A DNA stretch of 64,000 nt from Haliotis rubra (Eukaryota): contig NW_025767538.1 in the NCBI RefSeq assembly GCF_003918875.1, forward strand, positions 186,001 to 250,000. The letters are read 5' to 3'. Both the position numbers and the translations under genes were made by a program. Positions within the stretch are counted from its first letter, which is position 1. Every line of letters begins with the position of its first letter. The notes beneath the pieces were generated by a model, which was not told where the DNA came from, did not search any database, and was given only the letters and a program-made list of their open reading frames with translations. Positions 36,818 through 50,633 of the stretch are shown piece by piece.

Positions 36818-38450
36818 ACACAGTAACACAGGTTCACTTTCACCACAGGAACACAGGTTCACTTTCACCACAATAACACAGGTTCACTTTCACTACAATA
36901 ACACAGCTTCACTTTCACCACAATAACACAGGTTCACTTTCACCACAGGAACACAGGTTCACTTTCACCACAGTAACACAGGTTCACTTTCACCACTTTC
37001 ACCACAATCACATAGGTCCAGTTTCACCACAATAACACAGGTTCACTTTCACCACAGGAACACAGGTTCATTTTCACCACAATAACACAGGTTCACTTTC
37101 ACCACAACATAGGTTCACTTTCACAACAACATAGGTTCACTTTCACCACAGTAACACAGGTTCACTTTCACCACAGGAACACAGGTTCACTTTCACCACA
37201 GTAACACAGGTTCACTTTCACCACAGGAACACAGGTTCACTTTCACCACAGGAACACAGGTTCACTTTCACCACAGTAACACAGGTTCACTTTCACCACA
37301 GGAACACAGGTTCACTTTCACCACAGGAACACAGGTTCACTTTCACCACAGTAACACAGCTTCACTTTCACCACAGTAACACAGGTTCATTTTCACCACA
37401 GGAACACAGGTTCACTTTCACCACAGGAACACAGGTTCACTTTCACCACAGTAACACAGGATCACTTTCACCACAGGAACACAGGTTCACTTTCACCACA
37501 GGAACACAGGTTCATTTTCACCACAACATAGGTTCACTTTCACCACAATAACACAGGTTCACTTTCACCACAGTAACACAGCTTCAATTACACCACAGGA
37601 ACACAGGTTCACTTTCACCACAGGAACACAGGTTCATTTTCACCACAATAACACAGGTTCACTTTCACCACAACATAGGTTCACTTTCACCACAAAATAG
37701 GTTCACTTTCACCACAATAACACAGGTTCACTTTCACCACAGGAACACAGGTTCACTTTCACCACAGGAACACAGGTTCACTTTCACCACAACATAGGTT
37801 CAGTTTCACCACAATAACACAGGTTCACTTTCACCACAGTAACACAGCTTCACTTTCACCACAGGAACACAGGTTCACTTTCACCACAGGAACACAGGTT
37901 CACTTTTACCAGAATAACACAGGTTCACTTTCACCACAGTAACACAGGATCACTTTCACCACAGGAACACAGGTTCACTTTCACCACAGGAACACAGGTT
38001 CACTTTCACCACAGGAACACAGGTTCACTTTCACCACAGTAACACAGGTTCATTTTCACCACAGTAACACAGGATCACTTTCACCACAGGAACACAGGTT
38101 CATTTTCACCACAGGAACACAGGTTCACTTTCACCACAACATAGGTTCACTTTCACTACAATAACACAGGTTCACTTTCACCACAGTAACACAGGTTCAC
38201 TTTCACCACAGGAACACAGGTTCACTTTCACCACAGGAACACAGGTTCACTTTCACCACAGTAACACAGCTTTACTTTCACCACAGGAACACAGGTTCAC
38301 TTTCACCACAGGAACACAGGTTCACTTTCACCACAATAACACAGGTTCACTTTCACCACAGTAACACAGGTTCACTTTCACCACAGGAACACAGCTTCAC
38401 TTTCACCACAGGAACACAGCTTCACTTTCACCACAGGAACACAGGTTCAC
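36818..38450. repeat. 25-bp minisatellite abutting the exon 7 acceptor
   Basis: acacaggttcactttcaccacagga. Confidence 0.97.
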
Positions 38451-38512
38451 AACAATCACATTTCTTCCACAGGTGATATATAGTGTGAACCAGTTACATG
38501 CCAACATATTAC

Positions 38513-38614
38513 CTGTCCCAGAAGGTAGATGCCCCCTCCAACAATGACAGCCGATATCGCTGTTCCAAACACAGCAAACACCAGGATGGAACCAATATTC
38601 TGGAAGAAATTACC
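38513..38614 (-). CDS. SLC9A8: SLC9A8 exon 6 (GNFFQNIGSILVFAVFGTAISAVIVGGGIYLLGQ)
   Basis: tttcag/gtaata; FFxNIGSI motif. Confidence 0.96.
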
Positions 38615-38798
38615 CTGAAAGAACGTAACACTGCATTAGAACACAATACAGCATCACAAGAAAACAGAGCATCTTAAGAAACCTTTTTGTGTTGACAGTT
38701 CAGAAAGGTTACAAGTGTTTGCGAGACAAGGCATCACAATCCATGGAGATTATCATTTGAGCATGTGTTTTATACTGACTTCACTAATGAGTGTCAGA

Positions 38799-39040
38799 GT
38801 GAGTGAGTTTAGTTTTACGCCGCACTCAGCAATATTCCAGCAAAATGGCGGCGGTCTGTAAATAATCAGGTCTGGACCAGACAATCCAGGGAACAGCATC
38901 ATGAACAGCGATCTGCCCAATTGGGAACCGATGACAAGTGTCAACCCAGTCAGCGAGCCTGACCGCCCAATCCCGTTAGCCGTCTCGTATGACAAGCATG
39001 GGTTTATGAAGATCAATTCCAACCCAGATCTTCACGGGTC
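38799..39040 (-). mobile_element. SINE family B copy with 13-bp TSD
   Basis: TSD aatgagtgtcaga at 38786 and 39041; homologous to 21033-21230. Confidence 0.85.
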
Positions 39041-39228
39041 AATGAGTGTCAGAACTTTTTCTGGAGTGACAGTGAGGCTCATACATTAATTCATACATGT
39101 GTATAATAAAATCTGAATGACAAACTTGTGAGTGTGAGAATATTTTAATTATCACCTATTATTTCTTAAACCTTTTGAGTTTCCTGTAGATAAATCCAGT
39201 CACCATGACCATGCGATGACCTTCTTAC

Positions 39229-39312
39229 CTTATGTAAGTTGTAGCCAGATTCAAAGATGATGGGTGGTAGAAGCACGATGAAAAAGATGGTTGGGCTGAA
39301 GGCTTCTTCATT
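39229..39312 (-). CDS. SLC9A8: SLC9A8 exon 5 (NEEAFSPTIFFIVLLPPIIFESGYNLHK)
   Basis: tgtcag/gtaaga; LLPPIIFESGY motif. Confidence 0.96.
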
Positions 39313-39344
39313 CTGACAAACAACACACAGCAATAAATATGACA

Positions 39345-39667
39345 GTGACAAACTGGATCCTCTATCTCATCGGTATACTCGTGACAAACTGGATCCTCTA
39401 TCTCATCGGTATACTCGTGACAAACTGGATCCTCTATCTCATCGGTATACTCGTGACAAACTGGATCCTCTAACTCATCGGTATACTCGTGACAAACTGG
39501 ATCCTCTATCTCATCGGTATACTCGTGACAAACTGGATCCTCTATCTCATCGGTATACTCGTGACAAACTGGATCCTCTATCTCATCGGTATACTCGTGA
39601 CAAACTGGATCCTCTAACTCATCGGTATACTCGTGACAAACTGGATCCTCTATCTCATCGGTATATT
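39345..39667. repeat. 36-bp minisatellite
   Basis: gtgacaaactggatcctctatctcatcggtatactc, about 9 copies. Confidence 0.96.
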
Positions 39668-39872
39668 CATGCCTACGTGATTTGAAATTGATACAAGCAA
39701 GATCAACCTCCAGGGCAGACATGTATAAGTTATCGTGACAGCTTTGATCCATCAATGATGATGTCGTTTAGAAAGACAATGAAACAAACAAATTAATCAT
39801 ATTAGTGGGTGGAGACTTTTAGATATGATTCATTTAACAAACTGTACAAAATTGTTGCATATGAAATCTTAC

Positions 39873-39922
39873 CTTCCAATTTCCAAAATGGAAAAGTTTG
39901 AGGATGAGACCAATCAAGGCAC
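39873..39922 (-). CDS. SLC9A8: SLC9A8 exon 4 (GALIGLILKLFHFGNWK)
   Basis: ttccag/gtaaga; phase consistent. Confidence 0.9.
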
Positions 39923-39989
39923 CTGGAATACAGAACAGAAAGAAGCTTCAACATGATCTAATTGGAGGTCAAGTTGAAGGTTGAGATGA

Positions 39990-40772
39990 AGGCAGGTAAA
40001 ACAGAGGGTGGACATGGACCGGGAAGTGAGCACTCACCAACAAGGACAATAGCGATGCTCTCAGGCAGGTACAACAGAGGGTGGACATGGACCGGGAAGG
40101 GAGCACTCACCAACAAGGACAATAGCGATGCTCTCAGGCAGGTACAACAGAGGGTGGACATGGACCTCAGGCAGGTACAACAGAGGAGCACTCACCAACA
40201 AGGACAATAGCGATGCTCTCAGGCAGGTACAACAGAGGGTGGACATGGACCGGAAAGGGAGCACTCACCAACAAGGACAATAGCGATGCTCTCAGGCAGG
40301 TACAACAGAGGGTGGACATGGACCGGGAAGGGAGCACTCACCAACAAGGACAATAGCGATGCTCTCAGGCAGGTACAACAGAGGGGTGGACATGGACCGG
40401 AAGGAGCACTCACCAACAAGGACAATAGCGATGCTCTCAGGCAGGTACAACAGAGGGTGGACATGGACGGGAAGGGGAGCACTCACCAACAAGGACAAGA
40501 CCGGCAAGGGAGCACTCACCAACAAGGACAATAGTGATGCTCTCAGGCAGGTACAACAGAGGGTGGACATGGACCGGGAAGGGAGCACTCACCAACAAGG
40601 ACAATAGCGATGCTCTCAGGCAGGTACAACAGAGGGTGGACATGGACCGGGAAGGGAGCACTCACCAACAAGGACAATAGCGATGCTCTCAGGCAGGTAC
40701 AACAGAGGGTGGACATGGACCGGGAAGGGAGCACTCACCAACAAGGACAATAGCGATGCTCTCAGGCAGGTA
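39990..40772 (-). repeat. 73-bp minisatellite containing the last 34 nt of exon 3 plus donor
   Basis: TACCTGCCTGAGAGCATCGCTATTGTCCTTGTTG|gtgagtgc repeated. Confidence 0.96.
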
Positions 40773-40819
40773 GTAGAACTTGGTCTGGATCAGCATGTGG
40801 GTCAGCAGAATACTGATGG
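40739..40819 (-). CDS. SLC9A8: SLC9A8 exon 3 (AISILLTHMLIQTKFYYLPESIAIVLV)
   Basis: tttcag/gtgagt; LPES motif of CPA1 exchangers. Confidence 0.93.
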
Positions 40820-41599
40820 CTGAAAATAGATTAGATTCTCACTGTTAGGTGCCTCGGAACAGTTGGAAACTATTCAACCTTGTTGAGAATTTAATTCAAT
40901 TACTTATTTTATGGTTGATTATAATTTTATTTCGGCCAGAAGTGTGAACTATAATGATTTACTATATCAGTGACTTCCCCTTGCAAAATTGTATAAAAAA
41001 ATCTCCCCACTATGCAGAGCTCGGAGTTTGTTCCATGAAGCCGAGAGATCATCGCTAACAATTATGTGTAGAGAAACCACTCTTCATGTATATATTATTA
41101 ATTTTATGTCAAGAAATAAGTATAATATGGTAAATTAATAACAAGTTATGAACATTAAATGTAAATTAATGCAGTTGTAGTGTTAGTTTCGGTCTGTTTC
41201 ACCCAGTGTTCTCAGTTGTCATGCACTGCGATGTGCGAGGTAAACATTTATGTGAATTTGTTAGTTTCATAAGCAATTCACTATTAAATTCAGAATGCAC
41301 AAGGTATTCAGCCATCTACTATTTTCGCTGTAGGTAAGTGTGTGATGGGAATACAGTTAGAAGATTACTACACAAATTGTTGAGTCCTCTCTGTCTTACA
41401 CACCAAACCATTTTACATGATTTACATGGCTTTCCCACAGTTTGTGATTTGGAACTTTTTATGAAGGCAGTCTGTAATAAGTACAGTCTAGACCAGTCAG
41501 ACAGGTGACTGATAACATGAGTAATGTTCCAGGAACCACACAGTTGAAATTACGACAAGCTGTTAAGTCTGCCATAGGAGGATCACAAGAAACAGGCAT

Positions 41600-44500
41600 G
41601 AACATACCACCGCACACAGGACATACTACCATACACAGGACATACCACCATACACAGAAAATACCATCATACACAGAACATACCACCGCACACAGGACAT
41701 ACCACCATACACAGAACATACCACCATACACAGAACATACCACCATACACAGAACATACCACCACACACAGAACATACCACCATACACAGAACATACCAT
41801 CATACACAGAACACACCACCACACACAGAACATACCACCATACACAGAACACCACCACCACCATATACACAGGACACACCACCATACACACATACCACCA
41901 CACACAGAACATACCACCACACACAGGACATACCACCATACACAGAACATACCATCATATACAGGACACACCACCACACACAGGACATACCACCACACAC
42001 AGAACATACCACCATATACAGGACACACCACCATACACAGAACATACCACCACACACAGGACATACCACCACACACAGGACATACCACCACACACAGGAC
42101 ATACCACCATACACAGAACATACCATCATATACAGGACACACCACCACACACAGGACATACCACCACACACAGAACATACCACCATATACAGGACACACC
42201 ACCATACACAGAACATACCACCACACACAGGACATACCACCACACACAGGACATACCACCACACACAGGACATACCATCATACACAGAACATACCACCAT
42301 ATACAGGACATACCACCATACACAGAACATACCACCATACACAGAACATACCATCATACACAGAACATACCACTATTCACAGAGCATACCACCATATACA
42401 GGACACACCACCACACACAGGACATACCATCATACACAGAACATACCACCATACACAGGACATACCACCATACACAGGACATACCACCACACACAGGACA
42501 TACCACCACACACAGGACATACCATCATACACAAGACACACCACCACACAGGACATACCATCATACACAGAACATACCATCATATACAGGACACACCACC
42601 ACACACAGGACATACCACCACACACAGGACATACCATCATACACAAGACACACCACCACACACAGGACATACCATCATACACAGAACATACCACCATACA
42701 CAGGACACACCACCATACACAGGACATACCACCATACACAGGACATACCACCACACACAGGACATACCATCATACACAAGACACACCACCACACACAGGA
42801 CATACCATCATACACAGAACATACCATCATACACAGAACATACCACCATACACAGAACATACCATCATACACAGAACATACCACCATTCACAGAGCATAC
42901 CACCATATACAGGACACACCACCACACACAGGACATACCATCATACACAGAACATACCATCATATACAGGACACACCACCACACACAAGACACACCACCA
43001 CACACAGGACATACCATCATACACAGGACATACCACCATACACAGGACATACCATCATACACAGGACACACCACCACACACAGGACATACCATCATACAC
43101 AGAACATACCACCACACACAGGACATACCACCATACACAGGACATACCACCATACACAGAACATACCATCATATACAGGACACACCACCACACACAGAAC
43201 ATACCATCATACACAGAACATACCACCACACACAGGACATACCATCATACACAGAACATACCACCATACACAGGACATACCACCACACACAGGACATACC
43301 ATCATACACAGAACATACCACCATACACAGAACATACCATCATACACAGAACATACCACCATTCACAGAGCATACCACCATATACAGGACACACCACCAC
43401 ACACAGGACATACCATCATACACAGAACATACCATCATACACAGGACATACCACCACACACAGGACATACCATCATACACAGGACACACCACCACACACA
43501 GGACACACCACCACACACAGGACATACCATCATACACAGAACATACCACCATACACAGGACATACCATCATATACAGGACACACCACCACACAGGACACA
43601 CCACCACACACAGGACATACCATCATACACAGGACATACCACCACACACAGGACATACCATCATACACAGAACATACCACCATACACAGGACATACCATC
43701 ATATACAGGACACACCACCACACACAAGACACACCACCACACACAGGACATACCATCATACACAGGACATACCACCATACACAGGACATACCATCATACA
43801 CAGAACATACCACCACACACAGGACATACCATCATACACAGGACATACCATCATACACAGGACACACCACCACACACAAGACACACCACCACACACAGGA
43901 CATACCATCATACACAGGACATACCACCATACACAGGACATACCATCATACACAGAACATACCACCATACACAGGACACACCACCATACACAGGACATAC
44001 CATCATACACAGAACATACCACACACAGGACATACCACCACACACAGGACATACCATCATACACAGGAACACACCACCACACACAGGACATACCATCATA
44101 CACAGGACATACTACCATACACAGGACACACCACCACACACAGGACATACCATCATACACAGGACATACCCACCACACAGGACACACCACCACACACAAG
44201 ACACACCACCACACACAGGACATACCATCATACACAGGACATACCACCATACACAGGACATACCATCATATACAGGACACACCACCACACACAGGACATA
44301 CCATCATACACAGAACATACCATCATACACAAGACACACCACCACACAGGACATACCATCATACACAGAACATACCACCATACACAGGACATACCACCAT
44401 ACACAGGACATACCATCATACACAGAACATACCACCACACACAGGACATACCACCATACACAGGACATACCACCACACACAGGACATACCACCACACACA

Positions 44501-45020
44501 GGACATACCATCATACACAGAACATACCACCATATACAGGACATACTACCATACACAGGACATACCATCATATACAGGACATACCACCACACACAGGACA
44601 TACCACCATACACAGGACATACCATCATACACAAGACACACCACCACACAGGACATACCATCATACACAGAACATACCACCACACACAGGACATACCACC
44701 ATACACAGGACATACCATCATACACAGAACATACCACCACACACAGGACATACCACCATACACAGGACATACCATCATACACAAGACACACCACCACACA
44801 CAGGACACACCATCACACACAGGACATACCATCAAACACAGAACATACCATCATACACAGAACATACCACCATATACAGGACATACTACCATACACAGAG
44901 CATACCACCATATACAGGACATACCACCATACACAGGACATACCACCATATATAGGACATACCACCATATACAGGATATACCACCATATACAGGACACAC
45001 CACCACACACAGAACATACC
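41600..45020. repeat. 19-bp CA-rich minisatellite (acaggacataccaccatac)
   Basis: Tandem variant units; source of the 1215-aa ORF. Confidence 0.97.
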
Positions 45021-45027
45021 AGCACAC

Positions 45028-46316
45028 AGCTATTATCGATAATGTTGTATACAGCAAGAAGTAGAGACATTTCACCACGTGTCGCCATTATCGATAATGT
45101 TGTGTACCGTAACAGTTGGAGACACTTCACCACGTGTCGCTATGATCGATAATGTTGTGTACAGTAACAAGTGGAAACACTTCACCATGTGTCGCTTTTA
45201 TCAATAATGTTGTATACAGCAACACGTGGAAACATGTCACCATCTGTCGCTATTACCAATAATGTTGTGTATAGCAACAAGTGGAAACACTTCACCATGT
45301 GTCGCTATTACCAATAATGTTGTGTATAGCAACAAGTGGAAACACCTCACCATGTGTCGCTATTATCGATAATGTTGTGTACAGCAACAAGTGGAAACCT
45401 CACCATGTGTCACTATTATCAATAATGTTGTATACCGCAAGAGGTGGAGACACTTCACCATGTGTCGCTATTATCGATAATGTTGTGTACAGCAACAAGT
45501 GGAAACCTCACCATGTGTCGCTATTATCAATAATGTTGTATACAGCAAGAGGTGGAGACACTTCACCATGTGTCGCTATTATCGATATTGTTGTATACAG
45601 CAAGAGGTGGAGACACTTCACCATGTGTCGCTATTATCGATAATGTTGTATACAGCAAGAGGTGGAGACACCTCACCATGTGTCGCTATTATCGATAATG
45701 TTGTATACAGCTAGAGGTGGAGACACTTCACCATGTGTCGCTATTATCGATAATGTTGTATACAGCAAGAGGTGGAGACACTTCACCATGTGTCGCTATT
45801 ATCGATAATGTTGTATACAGCAAGAGGTGGAGACACTTCACCATGTGTCGCTATTATCAATAATGTTGTATACAGCAAGAGGTGGAGACACTTCACCATG
45901 TGTCGCTATTATCGATAATGTTGTATACAGCAAGAGGTGGAGACACTTCACCATGTGTCGCTATTATCGATAATGTTGTATACAGCAAGAGGTGGAGACA
46001 CTTCACCATGTGTCGCTATTATCAATAATGTTGTATACAGCAAGAGGTGGAGACACTTCACCATGTGTCGCTATTATCGATAATGTTGTATACAGCAAGA
46101 GGTGGAGACACTTCACCATGTGTCGCTATTATCGATAATGTTGTATACAGCAACAGGTGGAAACACTTCACCTTGTGTCGGCATTATCGATAATGCTGTG
46201 TACAGCAAGTGGAAACACTTCACCATCTGTCGCTATTATCGATAATGTTGTATACAGTAACAAGTGGAAACACTTCACCGTGTGTCGTTATTATCAATAA
46301 TGTTGTGTACAGCAAG
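45028..46316. repeat. 55-bp minisatellite (last unit continues at 47398-47440)
   Basis: acacttcaccatgtgtcgctattatcgataatgttgtatacagcaagaggtggag. Confidence 0.96.
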
Positions 46317-46318
46317 TA

Positions 46319-47395
46319 AAGTACTGTCGAAAATAGAAAAACACTGTTATTTCACATTTACATCTACCATTTATGTAGATAATATGTGAAAGTGTGAAAT
46401 ATTTGTTAAACTAAGTTCGGCCTAACTACAGTCTCAGTGGTAGGGAGATAGGAAACATAAAAATTGGACTTACTAGGGAGAGATTAGGGCAGAAATAAGC
46501 AATGGTTTTTTTCTCTAAGTCCAAATCGACTTATTTGGAACAGGCCATGGCTTTATGCAAATTAGAGGGCGATGATATTGTATTACAAAGGACACTCTTT
46601 TAATACCCATTTTGAAATTAGACTTAGCTTCATTATAAACAATAGCTAAAGTAAAAAATAATAACTTTAATACTGAAACTATTAAGGATGTAGCAACCAT
46701 GGAGTCTCACTATCACTATAAAAAGAAACAGGTAGGAGGGGTCGTCTCAAAAGCCAAACAAGGACGGGTGTCGCAGACGGTGGTTTGGGGTCGGGCTGGG
46801 GTATAGAGATATCAGCTAAGATAAGATGATCCTTCAGGTGAATTAAACTGGGGAAGTAAACGGCATGCCATAACAATTTACAAATAATATCCAGTCCTGT
46901 CGATCTTCGGGTGGTCATATGCCACCTATATATTTTGAGACATTTAATATGATGACTGATTATGCTTTTCTAAGGGTATCATACTCTTTTACATATCAGA
47001 ACATAAACTTATGACAGAAATACACGTAAGATGTTAATCAATAGATGGGGCATATTCAACACACAAGAAAAGGCATCAACTATGTATGAGATGACCCCTT
47101 GTGCCTGTAGGCAGCACGTGCATTTCATGCCAGGTAAGTCGATGGTCCGTCGTCAAACCTCGCTGAGTGACCTAATTGCCATGAATAGTCTGATCTATAG
47201 TTTTCAGCAGCTATTCGTATTTTTCTAAGTTTTGTCCGATTTTACGAGTAAACATGCTTTTCTGCATATCCTATTACGCATCCCAATGAATGCCCAGTTA
47301 GGCCGATGTGGGTTATTTCGATGATATGCTATTTGCAATTGTGTAAATTTTAGGGATACAGAGTTACAGGGTTTTTTCTATTTCCGACAGTACTT
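46319..47395. mobile_element. MITE with TIRs of about 28 bp and probable TA TSD, inserted in the last unit of the 55-bp array
   Basis: aagtactgtcgaaaatagaaaaa / ttttttctatttccgacagtactt; host repeat resumes at 47398. Confidence 0.8.
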
Positions 47396-47993
47396 TAGTG
47401 GAAACACTATATGTGTCGGCATTATCGATAATGTTGTGTGTGTAGTCTTTACTCTCTCCTTACATGTCCTAGTTTTCTTAGAACCACAGTGCTTCCTTCA
47501 CAGTTTCTACTTAACATTCCATTTCTATTCTAAAATACGATGTGTAAAATAGGCCATGATGGCAAAATATCTATTCCAAGAATTATTTTTTGGGTCATTT
47601 GTGATTCAAATACAGTTTTGAAAAAATGTGTTACTTTCCCAAACAATGAACAGATGAAGACCATGTCAACACAGGCTTCTCACCAGCTGAAACCTGTCTC
47701 CTAACAGTTTTTGCACCTGTCATCATGATCATAGCTGGTAACAATCACAGCTAAACTGTCAAATTGATTTCGGAAACTAGCAGGTGCTGATCAATAAACA
47801 GATTGATAAACACACAAGCCGTGCACCACCAACTGCTCAACAGTTTCACCAACCTCGGTTTCTATAGGATAATAAACTACCATGATACACGTACATCATG
47901 ATATAGACACCCCACAATCACTGACAGTACATTCCTTACAAGTGTTGTAACTGTCTCGTGGAAATCAATTGTTAATTATGCTGCAGTTGTTAA

Positions 47994-49067
47994 AGGTCCC
48001 ATGCAACGTAAAACACAACTTTGCAGATTCTGATACCTTTCGGTATGGACTTACCAAAACAAATCATCAAAAAAATATTAAATTCAACTTATAAAGTTGA
48101 AAAATAACGTGATGAAAAAAACTGCGCGAAAACAGAGTTCAAACAATTCCCTAATTTTCCCCAAACATTTTTCGGGGGAAAACTGGTTTCAACAGCTGGG
48201 CTGCGCTCATAGCACGTGCGCAGTGAAATAGGTTCGCGCAGCTTGGAAGTGGGTTGTCCGGTGAATACTCGGTGAAGGCTTTGGTGTGAGCTATTTTTCT
48301 AATGTTTTGTTGATATTTCACAGGCGCGAGCTTTTTTTATGTTATGACAGTAGATTAACTGTTTATATAATTTCATTTGTCTATTTCACCACACGTTCTT
48401 CTTACCGAGTCACTTTCTCAGTTCGATACTTAAAAGCATGTCATTATTTAGCGTTGACAGAATTTCTAACTGTGATATAGATATGTCGTTGTCACAGACA
48501 AAACTCAATGTCTGTTTTATTAACACCTATGTGTCTGCCTGCCTGTCTGCTAATGACAATATTCAATACACAACTGCGATCACTGACCACATGCAATTTG
48601 AACTTAGCACCAATCAGGCTATACACCATAAACAAAATGCATTGATTTACGGCCCGAGTTCAGTCTCTGTCACATTATGTAATTACACAGACAGGCAGGT
48701 GTGATACTTGTACACATGACATGTTATGATGTCTGTTGATTGCAAAATGTTATGCACAAAAAATGAGCATGTATTTACAAAACCCAACATCACTATATAT
48801 ACACACACAATGAGCCGTGAGGGCATCTGCAAATGAACCAGCTATTACACTTGAGTGCACACCCACCCGCTCTGACTGGGTTCTGTACCCCGGCTGCTTC
48901 GTTTCTTGTGAAGTAAACCCAAGTACACAATATTGCACTTTTGATTTGCGATTGTACGCTTATAATTTTGTTTATATGTTTTTTCATAACCAGCAATGTA
49001 TATTATATGTCATGAATAAGTGATAATTGTGTTTTAATTATGTTTGATTTTGGGTTGCATGTGACCT
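47994..49067 (+). mobile_element. Non-autonomous Kolobok-type DNA transposon, copy 1
   Basis: TTAA|AGGTCCCATGCAAC...GTTGCATGTGACCT|GTAA; closely similar inverted copy at 50634. Confidence 0.85.
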
Positions 49068-49171
49068 GTAAGGATAATCTCAATCACATCAAAAAGCTGG
49101 ATTCCTACAGTGGCTGTCAGTTTTAACAATGAAATAAAGATTGCATCCTGGTATTTAACTCCAGTACTTAC

Positions 49172-49326
49172 CCACGATGAGCAGCACAAAGAAGATGGTG
49201 AGACTGCTACTGTGTTCCTCCTCCGCTGCCCCTTTCTTGGGTAGGTCCCCCTCAGGGGACGGCTCGGTACTTTTCGGCAAAGGTGTTGTCGATGTTGTGA
49301 GATTCAAAGCAGTTCCATTGGTGCCA
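49172..49326 (-). CDS. SLC9A8: SLC9A8 exon 2 (...EEEHSSSLTIFFVLLIV)
   Basis: ggcag acceptor, gtaagt donor; resembles NHE8 EEQSSGMTIFFSLLVL. Confidence 0.88.
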
Positions 49327-49670
49327 CTGCCAAGCATTACAAAACAATATTAGGTATAGATGAAGAGATTGGGTAAGATCAAACAGGAAGAGCTGTCATA
49401 CCTATATAAGGTGGGCAGAATCAGGTAACCACAGTTAGCCTGAAGGTCATAGACATGGTAGGGGGCATGGTAAGGCATGGTAAGGCATGTATAATCTGAG
49501 TGGGTGTTTGAGTGAGTGAGTGAGTAAGTGGAGTGAGTGAGGTTTTACGCAGCTTCTAGAAAAGACCTAACCAATTACTAACATAACGAATAAAACTGCT
49601 TCTTTACATTTGATTTTGTATTGTTTGGTGTGAATAGTTCCACATTCACTGATTCAGCAATATTCAGGAT

Positions 49671-49759
49671 TAGATAGATAGATAGATAGATAGATAGATG
49701 GATAGATGGATGGATGGATGGATGGATGGATGGATGGATGGATGGATGGATGGATAGAT
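49671..49759. repeat. (GATA)n(GGAT)n microsatellite
   Basis: Visible tetranucleotide runs. Confidence 0.96.
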
Positions 49760-49822
49760 AATGTAAACAATAGACATGATACAACGGAAAAACACGTCCG
49801 TCAACCTGTTATGGAGACTTAC

Positions 49823-50031
49823 TTTGCCGTAGTGTTCACCTCCGCTACTGTTACAGGAGCTGGGGTCAGTGTAGTGAATGGTGCGGGTTGGGGCGGTGCG
49901 ATGGCTCGTTTGGCCCTATGGGACTCTCTCCTTTGCTGTTCTGTGCCTCTCTCATCTTGTGGGCTGATGGTATCAGCTAGATACATCACCAGTACAGCCA
50001 CGAAAGCGGCTAAGAATGGTTTATATTGCAT
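49823..50031 (-). CDS. SLC9A8: SLC9A8/NHE8 exon 1 (signal-peptide-like N-terminus [19 protein letters not shown]...)
   Basis: ATG ORF ending in AA|gtaagt, phase-compatible with exon 2; poorly conserved, assigned by position and phase. Confidence 0.75.
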
Positions 50032-50321
50032 CGCAACTGTAGATGTACATCAACTTTCCAAAGACGTACACTATTATCGTTAGTTATTCACCAGCTGTCA
50101 TTGCCAAATTCATATCTTATTCCACTTCGTACTAACTCACAGTCGCGTGCCGACACGAAGCGGAAGTTGTCAAATTCTGGAGCCTCTGTTTCATTCCAAG
50201 ATGTCTGCGCCCAGAGGAAAGAGGTGAAGTATATCGAATCAGTGACATTAGACCCGATGAAAGGTCGTTTGAGAGGGAAAGACTCAGATGGCAGTTCTGC
50301 AGTGGAAGCAGTGATAGCCGG
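50032..50321. promoter_or_regulatory. Probable bidirectional promoter and 5' UTR exon between SLC9A8 (-) and the Mpv17-like gene (+)
   Basis: Head-to-head layout, local CpG enrichment, ETS-like GCGGAAGT at 50160-50167, candidate donor gtaaat at 50322. Confidence 0.5.
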
Positions 50322-50633
50322 GTAAATAGAATGTAGGGCTAGTCTAACTGTAAATCGAGGCTAGTGTTATCACTATCAGCTGGTTGACAGCCATAACAAA
50401 ACATCCGTCCGTATTGAAAAATGTCATTGACCTGTCTTTGGGTCATGCTTCACTTACCACGCGTGTCAGTCCCAGTTACAGCATTGACCAGTTATGATAC
50501 TTTCAGAACAGCTCCAGCACTATCCTCAGCCCCATTTCTAACCGACGTTGAAACTAAAGCTAAGGAAGAATCTCGTTCTTGTGGTGGAAGGTGCCAAGTA
50601 CAGCTGCTCTTCTTCCTAATAAGCAACATTTAA

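Noticed and set aside
39225-39755. 176-aa ORF with HEYTDEIEDPVC repeats
   Set aside because: A 36-bp intronic array, out of frame with the real exon 5.
41505-45152. 1215-aa His/Thr-rich ORF
   Set aside because: Translation of a 19-bp minisatellite that lacks stop codons on that strand; it lies antisense within an SLC9A8 intron and has no gene structure.
48750-48938. Near-identical small ORFs here and at 50764-50979
   Set aside because: Incidental frames inside the two MITE copies; no transposase motifs.
50257-50325. Possible coding first exon for the Mpv17-like gene (MKGRLRG...)
   Set aside because: The donor phase is incompatible with the main ORF and the compatible frame has stops; more likely 5' UTR with uORFs.
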